A model generated the notes under the pieces. The model ran no database searches. It was not told where the DNA came from and saw only the letters and a program-made list of their open reading frames with translations. Positions 42,859-43,219 of a stretch of 43,219 bases of DNA are shown here, piece by piece. This DNA is from an uncultured Candidatus Saccharibacteria bacterium. GTDB taxonomy: Bacteria > Patescibacteriota > Minisyncoccia > Minisyncoccales > CG1-02-41-26. The translations under genes and the position numbers were made by a program. Within the stretch, counting starts at the first letter, position 1; each line of letters starts with the position of its first letter. The stretch is from NCBI GenBank assembly GCA_964651635.1, contig CAZYWT010000004.1, forward strand, positions 1 to 43,219, in the 5' to 3' direction.

Positions 42859-42991
42859 AATCCATAAAAATTCCTATATAGGTCAAGATACATATAATAC
42901 ATCTTGTTTTGATTTTGTTTTGGTTATTTTCTATCATTATATTTTATCAATCACCCATAACAGGGCGGTCGCCCGATACAATAATAGGGGC

Positions 42992-43023
42992 GGTTGCTTA
43001 GTCGGACTAAGCAACCATTTTTT
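42992..43023 (+). repeat. repeat-family module 1 in inverted orientation, terminator-like
   Basis: GGTTGCTTAGT-cgg-ACTAAGCAACC followed by ATTTTTT. It is the reverse complement of the first hairpin of copies A-C, preceded by GGGCGGTCGC and GGGCGGTTGC. Confidence 0.8.
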
Positions 43024-43119
43024 AATAGCTAATTTTAAGAGCTAATGTGTATCATATCATATGGACCAAAACAAAATCTTGAGAAATGTCCTTTTTTAAG
43101 TTAAAATAATAATAGAATT

Positions 43120-43219
43120 ATGAATATAGAGGAGATTAAAAAAGTATTTAATGATGAGATTTCCAAAGTAAAATCATCTGAAGAGGTGGATTTTTTGTAT
43201 AAAAAATATTTAGGAAAAA
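43120..43219 (+). CDS. pheS: phenylalanine--tRNA ligase alpha subunit, N-terminal fragment (runs off the window)
   Basis: MNIEEIKKVFNDEISKVKSSEEVDFLYKKYLGK matches the usual PheS N-terminal helix pattern ending ..KYLGKKG. Confidence 0.55.
   Translation, partial: MNIEEIKKVFNDEISKVKSSEEVDFLYKKYLGK

Overview
AT-rich bacterial chromosome segment using the standard code (TGA, TAA and TAG all end recognisable genes). The backbone is the conserved tuf / S10-spc-alpha ribosomal-protein supercluster: tuf, rpsJ-rplCDWB-rpsS-rplV-rpsC-rplP-rpmC-rpsQ-rplNXE-rpsN-rpsH-rplFR-rpsE-rplO-secY-adk-map, then infA-rpmJ-rpsMKD-rpoA-rplQ-rplM-rpsI. Housekeeping genes follow: murA, two mreB paralogs, holB, frr, rseP, proS, gatCA, a tRNA cluster, xseAB and the start of pheS. 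No uL30 gene lies between rpsE and rplO, several r-proteins carry Lys/Glu-rich extensions, and AlaRS and ProRS are compact. Together these suggest a Candidate Phyla Radiation / Patescibacteria-type genome (inference, no rRNA in the window). Unusual content: (1) A family of hairpin-rich intergenic repeats. It has three ~265-bp, 98-99% identical direct copies bracketing two single-gene cassettes, one diverged inverted copy, and several fragments sharing the 10-mer GGGCGGTTGC. Related modules sit inside the r-protein operon upstream of rpsQ and rpsN. (2) The map-infA junction is split by a ~9-kb insertion carrying those cassettes, metabolic genes, alaS and an MNT/HEPN pair. (3) A 368-bp tandem duplication spans the rplX/rplE boundary and creates an in-frame uL5-uL24 chimeric ORF. 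(4) A tRNA-operon-associated accessory islet holds a GIY-YIG nuclease gene between tRNAs, a tRNA-like element lacking an anticodon arm, and a type II R-M pair whose endonuclease has one in-frame TAG. (5) The HEPN gene is truncated by a 10-bp tandem duplication. (6) A Cas4-like nuclease gene starts 3 nt after rpsI. No CRISPR array, transposase, integrase or reverse transcriptase is visible.
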